Shown here: piece after piece, positions 1 to 8,215 of the stretch
Numbering within the stretch: the first letter of the stretch is position 1
How the letters are laid out: each line of letters begins with the position of its first letter
DNA from: Pyrinomonadaceae bacterium
GTDB lineage: Bacteria; Acidobacteriota; Blastocatellia; Pyrinomonadales; Pyrinomonadaceae
Reading direction: 5' to 3'
Length of the DNA stretch: 64,000 nt
Assembly: GCA_051004635.1 (NCBI GenBank)
Contig: JBPCKD010000005.1
Coordinates: 4,558-68,557 of the forward strand
Program-made: the position numbers and the translations under genes
The notes under the pieces: model-generated
Databases searched by the model: none
Seen by the model: the letters and a program-made list of their open reading frames with translations, nothing else
Told to the model about the DNA's origin: nothing

Positions 1-16
1 AAGAAAGTTTGCAGGG

Positions 17-499
17 TCATAGCTCCAACATGCGCAGCAATTGGGCAGGCTTGACGATTTCAAACCTGAAACGCCGACGTTCGTTCGCCGGAATCTCAAG
101 CAAGTCGAGGTCGTTGGTTACGAGATAACGTGCGCGGCCAGTGTGGGCGGTAGCGAGCAGGATGTCATCGTCAACATCACGACTCACTGCAAAGCGTTTG
201 CCTAAATTGATCCGGGTGACGGTTGACGAGTGTTGCAACCTTGCGCGAAAAAGACCGATAAGGTGCGGCTCATCTGTGACTCGTTCAAGCGTTTCTAAAT
301 ACTCCGCCACCACCGGCGTGCTGACAATCAGTTGCAACCTGCGCTCGACAGACCATAAGTCATAAACTCTGACATTTGCCGAACGCCGCTGGCGATTCAA
401 AAAACGACTGATGAGAACATTCGTATCTAACACCACCTTCAGGCGGTCTTTACGCGGCGACACTGCGCTCTCGCTTCTCTTTTCGGTGCCGGCGGACAA
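17..499 (-). CDS. PIN-domain toxin (PIN_3 / TIGR00305-like)
   Basis: Translation has the N-terminal acidic PIN motif VVLDTNVLIS, a central STPVVAEYLETL segment, and the C-terminal DVDDDILLATA...YLVTNDLDLL. It overlaps the upstream small ORF by 50 nt, so the real start may be internal or non-ATG. Confidence 0.75.
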   Translation of the reverse strand: MSAGTEKRSESAVSPRKDRLKVVLDTNVLISRFLNRQRRSANVRVYDLWSVERRLQLIVSTPVVAEYLETLERVTDEPHLIGLFRARLQHSSTVTRINLGKRFAVSRDVDDDILLATAHTGRARYLVTNDLDLLEIPANERRRFRFEIVKPAQLLRMLEL

Positions 500-725
500 T
501 CTTCACTGCGTCTGATTCCTTATACTTGCTTCGCCGGGCTGAACTCGCAATTGTCTCATCGAGCGCGACATCTTCGGCGATCTCAAGATACTCGCGTAAA
601 AGGTTCGCCAGCACGTCGCTCGGTTGCTTTTTCTGTTTGCGTGCCTGCTTCTGGAAGTTTGTCCAAAGCTCAGATCTAATTAGATTCTCCAACGTCATAT
701 CATCCTCCGCCGTGAAGTTTAGCAC
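450..725 (-). CDS. putative antitoxin partner of the PIN toxin
   Basis: 91-aa charged ORF directly upstream of and overlapping the PIN gene. It starts 4 nt after the hsdM stop. No recognisable DNA-binding motif, so the call rests on position and size. Confidence 0.5.
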   Translation of the reverse strand: MLNFTAEDDMTLENLIRSELWTNFQKQARKQKKQPSDVLANLLREYLEIAEDVALDETIASSARRSKYKESDAVKIVRRHRKEKRERSVAA

Positions 726-729
726 GAGC

Positions 730-2190
730 TTATTGCTTCGCGGCCTTTACCTCCGTCGTCTCCTTCAGCGCTGTCATCAATTCGTCTTTGAGCTTGTCGC
801 GAGTGTCTGCCAAGTCCAGCAGGAGTCGATTATGCGCCGCGAGGAGTTCTTCAAAATCTCCGTGATTTGCGTCGGGCGTGTTCGGATTCTTGATGTCCAG
901 GTTGAAATTGTTCGCTGCGATGGTCTCGAAAGAAACACGCCAAGCCCTTTCGCTTTCGACGCGGTTCGTCCACCAGGCCTTTTCCGCTTCAAACTCTTCA
1001 ATGCGAATCGGCTTGGTCTTGTTGTAGGACTTCGCGCCGGGTGGGTACGGGTGTTCGTAATACCAAACCTCTTTTGTCGGCGTTCCCTTGGTGAAAAAAA
1101 GCAGGTTTGTTTTGATGCCCGTGTAGGGACTGAACACACCGTTTGGCAACCGCACAATCGTGTGCAGGTTGCACTCGGTCAAGAGCTTCTCTTTGATCCG
1201 CGTCTTGATGCCCTCTCCAAATAGAGTGCCGTCAGGCAAGACAATCGCCCCGCGCCCCTCCTCCCGCAACAAGTGAGTAATTAACACGAGGAATAGGTCG
1301 GCGGTTTCGCGCGTGCTGTATGACTTGGGAAAATTCTTTTCGATCCCGTCCTCTTCCATGCCGCCGAACGGAGGATTGGTAACAATCGCATCGACGCGAT
1401 CCTCTGGCTGATAATCGCGGTAAGGACGTGCAAGCGTGTTGTCGTGCGAAACTTGATTGGGCGTGTCGATGCCGTGCAACATTAAGTTGGTCACGCACAG
1501 GAAATAAGGGAGCTGCTTTTTCTCCACGCCTTTGATCGAAGATTGCAGAACTTGCTCGTCTTCGATGCTGTGAACGTATTTTCGTCTGACATGCTCAATC
1601 GTGTTCGTAAGAAAACCGCCTGTTCCGCAGGCCGGATCCAGCACCTTCTCGCCCAGCTTCGGGTCAACCATCTCAACCATAAACTGAGTAACGGCGCGTG
1701 GAGTGTAAAACTCGCCGGCGTTGCCAGCGCTTTGCAGGTCGCGCAGAATCTGTTCGTAAATATCACCGAACAAGTGCAAATCGTTCTTACGGTTGAAGTC
1801 GACTTCATTGATTTTGTTGATGACCTGTCTCATCAACGTGCCGGACTTCATGTAGTTGTTCGCTTCTTCAAAAACATGCCGCACAAGCTGTGCGCGCGGG
1901 TCGGGCGCCGTCAGCTCTTTAAGCGTTTTGAAGAGATCGTTATTTATGAAATCAGCGAGCTTATCACCCGTGATTCCTTCGGGATTCGCCGCCCAATTGC
2001 GCCAGCGCAAACGCTCAGGAATGGGGGAGTGATAGTTGTCTTCCAAAAGCTCTTTCTCAGATTCGCGGTCATCAAAAATTTTTAGAAAGAACATCCAGAC
2101 GAGCTGATTAATCCGCTGGGCGTCGCCATCCACACCCGCGTCTTTGCGCATGATGTCCTGGATGGTTTTGACAGTGGTGCTAACTGACAT
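730..2190 (-). CDS. hsdM: type I restriction-modification system, DNA methyltransferase subunit M
   Basis: AdoMet-binding motif LDPACGTGGFL and catalytic motif NPPFGG. N-terminal HsdM_N-like helical region. Lies 5 nt downstream of hsdR. Confidence 0.9.
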   Translation of the reverse strand: MSVSTTVKTIQDIMRKDAGVDGDAQRINQLVWMFFLKIFDDRESEKELLEDNYHSPIPERLRWRNWAANPEGITGDKLADFINNDLFKTLKELTAPDPRAQLVRHVFEEANNYMKSGTLMRQVINKINEVDFNRKNDLHLFGDIYEQILRDLQSAGNAGEFYTPRAVTQFMVEMVDPKLGEKVLDPACGTGGFLTNTIEHVRRKYVHSIEDEQVLQSSIKGVEKKQLPYFLCVTNLMLHGIDTPNQVSHDNTLARPYRDYQPEDRVDAIVTNPPFGGMEEDGIEKNFPKSYSTRETADLFLVLITHLLREEGRGAIVLPDGTLFGEGIKTRIKEKLLTECNLHTIVRLPNGVFSPYTGIKTNLLFFTKGTPTKEVWYYEHPYPPGAKSYNKTKPIRIEEFEAEKAWWTNRVESERAWRVSFETIAANNFNLDIKNPNTPDANHGDFEELLAAHNRLLLDLADTRDKLKDELMTALKETTEVKAAKQ

Positions 2191-2195
2191 ATGAA

Positions 2196-4550
2196 TTAAG
2201 CCACCTGATAAAGGTCTTGCTCCAGCTCCTTAACAGCTTGATCGTACTGTGCTTTGCCGCCAAAGGCCTGAATGATTTCTGTCGGCGTGCCGTATTTGTC
2301 AAAGGGTTGAACCTTCAGCACCTTTGGATCTTCCAGATTGGTAAGGCCTTCATCAGCATATTTATCCAGCAAGGCCTCAAGAACCGAACGCGCCTTCCCT
2401 TCATATTTTGCGAAGTAGTTCCGCTTTTTCACCTGCTCTGCACGTTCACGACGGGTCAACGGTTTTTGGCCGTACGCTACATGAGCAATCAGATCGAAAG
2501 GATCAAAATCCTTACCAACTTCTTCTGCCAACGCCTCCAGGAGAATGCCCTCATTTTCAAGCTCTTCGACTATAGCCTGTTTTCTATCCGCGCTCGTCCA
2601 GCGATTCAGGAAATCACGAAGCGACGCGTAGTTGCTGTTGACGGCGCTCTTCGTGTAATCAATCAGTGATTCACTGATCAGCTTTCCGTCTTTGCCATAG
2701 TACTGAACTCGCTCGGCTACCAGGTTGACCTCAACGTCTCTCACATAATACTTCGTTCGGCGTGCCCCTTTTCCTTGCGGGCCAACCTGCACGCCACAAA
2801 TAATCGTGTCGCCTTCATCGCGGGTCTCACCGGGCTCATCCGGTGGGACAATCGGATCGTCATCTTTCGGCTCATAAATCTGTAGCGGTGGACCATCGAA
2901 ATCGGGATCGGCGAAAAGCTCGGTCGCTCTTCGGAAATCCATAATAGTGAAGTAAAACTTGTCATACGCTTCATTGATCCGCGTGCCTCGCCCAATGATT
3001 TGCTTGAATTCCGTCATCGATTCGATGCGCTTATCCAGAACAATAAGCTTGCAAGTCTGAACATCAACGCCGGTTGACAGAAGCTTTGAAGTTGTCACAA
3101 TCACCGGATATTTGCTCTCCGGAAGAATAAAGTTATCAAGTTCAGCTTTGCCTTCGTTATTGTCTCCGGTGATTTGCATTACGTATTTGCTGTTCTGTGA
3201 AGACAGATCGCTATTCAGATTGATCAGCAGGCTACGCATGCGTTCGGCGTGCGGAATGTCCTCGCAAAAGATTATCGTTTTATCGAATCGGTTGGTGGCT
3301 TTCAAATACTGGGTAATTTTCTCGGCCACGAGTTCATTTCGTTTCTCGAGCACCAATTCCTGATCGTAATCGCTTTGGTTGTAGATGCGATCGGGTATTT
3401 CCTTCCCGTACCTGTCTCTCTTGCCTTTTTCAGGGCGCCAACCCGTTAAGTCTTTGTCGATATCGATACGAATGACTTTATACGGCGCGAGGAAGCCGTC
3501 TTCGATCCCTTGCTTGAGTGAATAGGTGAAGACGGGCTCGCCGAAATAGTCAATATTCGAAACATACCTGGTCTCCTTGGGTGTCGCCGTCATACCGATC
3601 TGGGTTGCGCCAGTGAAGTATTCAAGAATCTCACGCCAGGCTGAGTCCTCTTCAGCGCTGCCGCGATGGCACTCATCGATCACTATCAAATCGAAAAAGT
3701 CCTTGGAAAACTGCTTGTAGATTTTCTGCGATTCTTCGGTGCCCGTGATGGCTTGATATAGTGCCAGGTATATTTCGTATGACTTGTCGGCTTTGCGGTT
3801 CTGTATCTTTGTCATCGCGGAACCGAAGGGCTTGAAGTCGTTCGTTCGTGTCTGATCCACAAGAATGTTTCGATCTGCCAGGAACAGAATTCTTTTCTTA
3901 GCGCCGGATTTCCACAGTCGCCAGATTATCTGAAACGAAGTGAACGTCTTGCCGGTGCCCGTAGCCATCACGAGCAGAATTCTGTTCTGCCCTTTCGTTA
4001 TCGCTTCGATGCTTCTGTTGATGGCGGTTAACTGGTAATAGCGCGGAGCTTTGTTTTCGGGACTCGGATAATAATCCTGAGCGACGATCCTTTTCTCCTC
4101 CGGATCATCAATTCCTTTGTAATCGCAATAGCGCCGCCAGAGCTCCTCCGGAGTTGGGAACTCATTCAGGCTGATCTCACGTTCGACGGCACCCGAGGTG
4201 ATTGAGCGATCATGTTCAATGAAACCATCGCCATTAGAACTATAGGCGAATGGTACGTCTAGCAATTCGGCGTACTCTATCGCTTGCTGAATGCCGGACC
4301 TGAGTGTGTGCGTATTATCCTTAGCCTCAACCACGGCCAGTGGAATGTTTGTCTTATGATAGAGAACGTAGTCGGCTCTTTTTTGTTTGCCGCGAGTATG
4401 TAGTTTGCCGCGAACGTAGATCTTGCCCTTGGTTAATGACAGTTCTTCTCTCAGCTGCGTATCACGGTTCCATCCTGCCCGCTCAATTATCGCTGGCGTG
4501 ATGAATTTAGTGCAGATGTCGCGTTCGGTTAGGCTCTTCTTGTCTAACAT
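2196..4550 (-). CDS. hsdR: type I restriction enzyme, R subunit (EcoEI-like C-terminus)
   Basis: N-terminal nuclease-type region, Walker A helicase motif MATGTGKT and DEAH-box variant DECH. The C-terminal segment [23 protein letters not shown] resembles the EcoEI R C-terminal domain. Confidence 0.9.
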   Translation of the reverse strand: MLDKKSLTERDICTKFITPAIIERAGWNRDTQLREELSLTKGKIYVRGKLHTRGKQKRADYVLYHKTNIPLAVVEAKDNTHTLRSGIQQAIEYAELLDVPFAYSSNGDGFIEHDRSITSGAVEREISLNEFPTPEELWRRYCDYKGIDDPEEKRIVAQDYYPSPENKAPRYYQLTAINRSIEAITKGQNRILLVMATGTGKTFTSFQIIWRLWKSGAKKRILFLADRNILVDQTRTNDFKPFGSAMTKIQNRKADKSYEIYLALYQAITGTEESQKIYKQFSKDFFDLIVIDECHRGSAEEDSAWREILEYFTGATQIGMTATPKETRYVSNIDYFGEPVFTYSLKQGIEDGFLAPYKVIRIDIDKDLTGWRPEKGKRDRYGKEIPDRIYNQSDYDQELVLEKRNELVAEKITQYLKATNRFDKTIIFCEDIPHAERMRSLLINLNSDLSSQNSKYVMQITGDNNEGKAELDNFILPESKYPVIVTTSKLLSTGVDVQTCKLIVLDKRIESMTEFKQIIGRGTRINEAYDKFYFTIMDFRRATELFADPDFDGPPLQIYEPKDDDPIVPPDEPGETRDEGDTIICGVQVGPQGKGARRTKYYVRDVEVNLVAERVQYYGKDGKLISESLIDYTKSAVNSNYASLRDFLNRWTSADRKQAIVEELENEGILLEALAEEVGKDFDPFDLIAHVAYGQKPLTRRERAEQVKKRNYFAKYEGKARSVLEALLDKYADEGLTNLEDPKVLKVQPFDKYGTPTEIIQAFGGKAQYDQAVKELEQDLYQVA

Positions 4551-4830
4551 GGACCATCCTGGACAGGAAAGGGCGCAAGGTTCGTCCGGGCATTATATTT
4601 CTTACAGGAATCTTTGCAAACTGTGGCTAGGCCGTGATAAGTAGCGGGCTCTTCTTCCTATAACCAACGGTTTGTGCTCAATTTTCTGCTATGCGTAAAG
4701 ACTTCCTCAAGAGTATTCAAGCTTACGAGCGCGGGCTGCTATTCCTGCCTCGACTTTGCGCGGGCAACCTGCTGGAACGATCGCAGCCACCAGGCGCTTC
4801 CTATGCACCCTGTCATTGAAGCAGTTTGGT

Positions 4831-5223
4831 ATGGCGAACCCGCAGTTGTTTTATCGCCGGCTTGATCTAGCAACCGAGCACCTCAAAGGATCACTGCCTG
4901 TTAGTGCTCAGCGGTGGGGGATCAGTCGAAAGGCGCTAAACATCTTTCTGCGCAACGCATTTTATAACGGGTACTTAAATCAGGAGTACGGACTGGCAGC
5001 TGCTGAGTGGTTATTTGAAATCCCTCTCGACTCGATCACAGGGAATACGCTTTATGCGCAGGCCCGCAAAGAATTACCAAAATGGCCGGGTGTGATGCAC
5101 CTCACTCCTGAAATGAACAGACTTTATCAAGAGGTTGCTCGACGCATTGGAAGAGAAAGGGGAATTGCTCCCGTTCATTTAGATGCTTATTGGTGGGGTG
5201 GCAATCGCGAACCTGAGGTCTAA
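4831..5223 (+). CDS. hypothetical protein, divergent from hsdR
   Basis: Open frame 4756-5223 (TTG); the first ATG is at 4831. No recognised motif. A 42-codon ATG ORF in another frame (4691-4819) overlaps its 5' part, so a frameshifted gene is possible. Confidence 0.35.
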   Translation: MANPQLFYRRLDLATEHLKGSLPVSAQRWGISRKALNIFLRNAFYNGYLNQEYGLAAAEWLFEIPLDSITGNTLYAQARKELPKWPGVMHLTPEMNRLYQEVARRIGRERGIAPVHLDAYWWGGNREPEV

Positions 5224-5278
5224 TAATGAAGATCATTCTTAGTAGAAACTCGTGTCGAGGAAATAGACGGCCACCACG

Positions 5279-5575
5279 CTAGCGGCGCTCCTCGATAACA
5301 GTTTCCGAAAGCGGCTTTCCTCTGATCGTGATTGGTTCGCGGCGATACGGGGTGGGATCGGTAATCGGCGGCTTAATTTCACTTACTAAGCCTGCTTCAT
5401 ACAAAGCGGTCTGAATGCGCTGATCGAGATCTGTCGCCGCTTGACGCTCATCGCAGATTGAAGTTTCGTTTTCATCGGGTTGAGCCGGCAATGCCTCAAG
5501 GCGCCGCTTAACCTCTTCCCTCTCCCCAGGGGGCAGTTCTTTGATTGCGTTCACTATCTCTTCGACCGTCGACAT
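5279..5575 (-). CDS. antitoxin-like protein (addiction-module-component type), no cognate toxin seen
   Basis: 98 aa. The N-terminus VEEIVNAIKELPPGEREEV and the C-terminus ITIRGKPLSETVIEERR resemble antitoxins that pair with PIN toxins. No toxin ORF follows. Confidence 0.45.
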   Translation of the reverse strand: MSTVEEIVNAIKELPPGEREEVKRRLEALPAQPDENETSICDERQAATDLDQRIQTALYEAGLVSEIKPPITDPTPYRREPITIRGKPLSETVIEERR

Positions 5576-5636
5576 CTTTTAGATCTCCTTGCGCGCGGTG
5601 TCATGCTCTTCATTGGTGGCTCGTAACCTACACTCG

Positions 5637-5861
5637 TCAAGCAGCAATCTCATGATTAGCGAGCAGGGATTCCTTAGAGAGTTCAAGCGCGGCCAGGGCA
5701 TGTTCGCGAGTCACGGAAGGAAACTGATCGAGAAACTCGTCTATCGTCTCGCCACCTTCAAGGTAATCAAACAGGTGTGCAATCGGGACGCGGGTCCCTG
5801 TGAAACAAGGTGCACCGCTCATGCGCTCAGGGTCGACATTGACAACGTCTTTGATATTCAT
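5637..5861 (-). CDS. DUF433 domain protein (antitoxin-like)
   Basis: DPERMSGAPCFTGTRVPIAHLFDYLEGGETIDEFLDQFP matches the DUF433 pattern (G-P-x-x-GTR-hydrophobic ... G-x-s-x-eEi). Confidence 0.75.
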   Translation of the reverse strand: MNIKDVVNVDPERMSGAPCFTGTRVPIAHLFDYLEGGETIDEFLDQFPSVTREHALAALELSKESLLANHEIAA

Positions 5862-6024
5862 TGTGCCCTCCTGCCGTCATTCTAGCAGCGTCTCCTCAGG
5901 AAAGCTGCATCCACGCCTACGGTCGGGCTACTGCCGCGACCATTGGCTTCTCAAAAACGCGCCAACTCACTACTGGGACGGAAGGGATGTGACCTATGAG
6001 GAAGGGTAAGTTGTTGAGGGAAAA

Positions 6025-6110
6025 TGGCGGAGGGGACAGGACTCGAACCTGCATGACCTTTCGGTCGGCGGTTTTCAAGACCGCTGCACTACCAATTATG
6101 CGACCCCTCC
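6025..6110 (-). tRNA. tRNA-Ser (anticodon UGA), CCA encoded
   Basis: Read on the minus strand. Acceptor GGAGGGG pairs with CCCCTCC. Anticodon stem GCGGT/ACCGC with loop CUUGAAA (anticodon UGA). A long variable arm is present (class II tRNA). T arm GCAGG-TTCGAGT-CCTGT, then G-CCA. Confidence 0.85.
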
Positions 6111-6164
6111 GCTTTGCTGAAACTATAGCTTAGCTCGGCGCGCCTCTCAACCTTCGTCGTCTTT

Positions 6165-6253
6165 GTAGGGGTGGCACTCCGTGGCCACCCCTTGGTTGCG
6201 CACGCGACGTTTTGTGGCCGATACACGGGGCGGCCACGGAGTGCCGCCCCTAC
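6165..6253. repeat. inverted pair of 27-nt GC-rich REP-like hairpin units (GTAGGGG-YGGCACTCCGTGGCCRCCCC)
   Basis: 6165-6191 and the reverse complement of 6227-6253 differ at 2 positions. Each unit can itself fold (GGGGTGGC...GCCACCCC). Confidence 0.7.
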
Positions 6254-6344
6254 AACATCAGCGTTCATCCCGCTTAAACTGGTCGAGCCGTTCCAGTGGT
6301 TTGCACCTCATGAGATCAAAGGTCTAAGATCAAAGCTCAAACTA

Positions 6345-8030
6345 ATGCGCGTCACAGTCGGTCAAATAAATACAACTAACGGCGACTACGAAGGCAACAC
6401 TGCCGGAATCATTCGCGCGATTGAACGAGCCCGCCAGGACAATTCGGATCTCGTCGTGCTTCCTGAGGCTTGCGTTCAGGGCTACACCTCGCTGGATTGG
6501 TTTCTCGATCGTGACGTGGTGCGCTGCGCCTTGCAACCCCTCGAAAAGATCATCGAAGCAACCGCCGGACTAACTGCAATTGTTGGGACCATCCGGCCTA
6601 TCGATCTGGCGACCGGCCGAGATCTCTATAACTCCGCTGCGATAATTCACGATCAGAAGCTGGTTGGGTTTGCCGACAAAACCTTGCTGCCGGAGTACGA
6701 TGTTTTCGATGACCCGCGCTATTTCGAACCCGCGCGCGAGCGCCGCTTGTTTACCGTAGACAACTGCGAAATGGGCGTTGCCGTCTGCGAAGACTTTTGG
6801 AACGACAAGACTTTCTGGAAGGAGCGGCTTTACTCGCACGACCCAGCGGACGAATTAATCGAGATGGGCGCACAGATACTCATTTCGATCAACGCTTCAC
6901 CGTTTAATAGAGGCAAGATGGGCCAGCGCTGTGCGATGGTTTCCCACCGCGCCCGGAGTGCGAAAATTCCCATCGTGTTCGTCAATCTGGTGGGCGGGAA
7001 CGACGGAATCATCTTTGATGGCGCGAGCATAGTGGCCGACTGCGAAGGCGAGATAATCTTACAGGCGCCACCATTCGAAGAGTTTTTTGGCTCAGTTGAT
7101 CTTGATTGCGGAGTCGCGGACGAACGCTGTTTGCCGGGTGATGATATTGAAACCATTCGCCGCGCGCTCGTTCTCGGCATTCACGACTACGCGCGGAAAA
7201 ACCGATTTACGAAGGTTGTCCTGGGATTGTCAGGTGGTATCGATTCCGCGGTCGTGGCCGCGCTGGCGTGTGAAGCGTTGGGCGCCGCGAATGTGCTCTC
7301 CGTGATGATGCCTTCTCCCTATTCGTCCCGCTCAAGTATTGATGATTCGCTGGAACTCGGGGCCCGGCTGGGAATGAAGATGATTGAACGTCCCATAACA
7401 AACGCGTTCGAGTTGTTAGTCAGAGAGCTTGAACTGCCGCCGGTAACTGCGGGGACCGGTTCACATGCGACTGAAAATCTCCAGTCACGCTTGCGCGGAA
7501 ATATCCTGATGACGATTTCCAACGCGGAAGGGCGGTTGCTGCTTTCGACCGGGAACAAGTCGGAGCTCGCCCTGGGCTACTGCACTCTTTACGGCGACAC
7601 CAATGGCGGACTGGCGGTGATTGGCGACGTTTTGAAAACGGAAGTTTATTCGCTGGCCCGCCATCTCAATCGGGAAAGTGAAATTATCCCCACCGGCATC
7701 ATCGAAAAGCGCCCATCAGCGGAGTTGGCGCCTGGACAGTTTGACGATCAATCACTACCGCCCTATGACAAGCTGGATCCAATCCTCAAAATGTATTTCG
7801 AGCAGAAGGCTACTCCGGAAGAGATTATTGCGGCTGAAAACGATCCGGCCATGGTCTACGATATTTTGAATCGGGTGGAGTCTCCTGCCAATGAATTCAA
7901 GCGACGCCAATTGCCTCCTACGCTGATCATCTCGCGCAATGCGATTGGCATCGGACGGCGCCGTCCCGTCACGCATCGTTATCGACGGATACCTCCATCC
8001 GGAAATCAACAGTGTTCTGGTGGCAGCTAA
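6345..8030 (+). CDS. nadE: glutamine-dependent NAD+ synthetase
   Basis: N-terminal nitrilase/CN-hydrolase domain (VLPEA, CEDFW) fused to an NAD synthase domain with the PP-loop GLSGGIDSAV. The start is set at the ATG at 6345 (MRVTVGQIN) because the longer ORF from 6171 runs through the REP-like repeat. Confidence 0.9.
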   Translation: MRVTVGQINTTNGDYEGNTAGIIRAIERARQDNSDLVVLPEACVQGYTSLDWFLDRDVVRCALQPLEKIIEATAGLTAIVGTIRPIDLATGRDLYNSAAIIHDQKLVGFADKTLLPEYDVFDDPRYFEPARERRLFTVDNCEMGVAVCEDFWNDKTFWKERLYSHDPADELIEMGAQILISINASPFNRGKMGQRCAMVSHRARSAKIPIVFVNLVGGNDGIIFDGASIVADCEGEIILQAPPFEEFFGSVDLDCGVADERCLPGDDIETIRRALVLGIHDYARKNRFTKVVLGLSGGIDSAVVAALACEALGAANVLSVMMPSPYSSRSSIDDSLELGARLGMKMIERPITNAFELLVRELELPPVTAGTGSHATENLQSRLRGNILMTISNAEGRLLLSTGNKSELALGYCTLYGDTNGGLAVIGDVLKTEVYSLARHLNRESEIIPTGIIEKRPSAELAPGQFDDQSLPPYDKLDPILKMYFEQKATPEEIIAAENDPAMVYDILNRVESPANEFKRRQLPPTLIISRNAIGIGRRRPVTHRYRRIPPSGNQQCSGGS

Positions 8031-8036
8031 TAACTT

Positions 8037-8124
8037 GTAAAGCAAACTGTTAGTTTGCTTCGTGTTCGGTGCCACCTCAACCTGAGAGTATTCGCGACTG
8101 AAGCAAACTAACAGTTTGCTTTAC
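8037..8124. repeat. perfect 25-bp inverted repeat (38-nt spacer) after nadE; possible terminator
   Basis: 8037-8061 GTAAAGCAAACTGTTAGTTTGCTTC is the exact reverse complement of 8100-8124. Each arm also contains its own 8-bp hairpin (AGCAAACT..AGTTTGCT). Confidence 0.7.
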
Positions 8125-8215
8125 ACTCAATTGCGTACTTGCCCTTAAGCATATTCTTGACGCATTATCTCGGCTCAGAATTCCCCGAACAAACGATTCG
8201 AACAAAGGCGGAAAT

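Noticed and set aside
526-1224. 232-aa ORF on the plus strand
   Set aside because: It lies entirely antisense to hsdM, whose methyltransferase motifs are unambiguous. It has no motifs of its own. This is a typical shadow ORF.
6171-6344. 58-codon N-terminal extension of the nadE ORF
   Set aside because: The extension is translated through the GC-rich REP-like palindrome (6165-6253), and the conserved nitrilase domain begins at the ATG at 6345.
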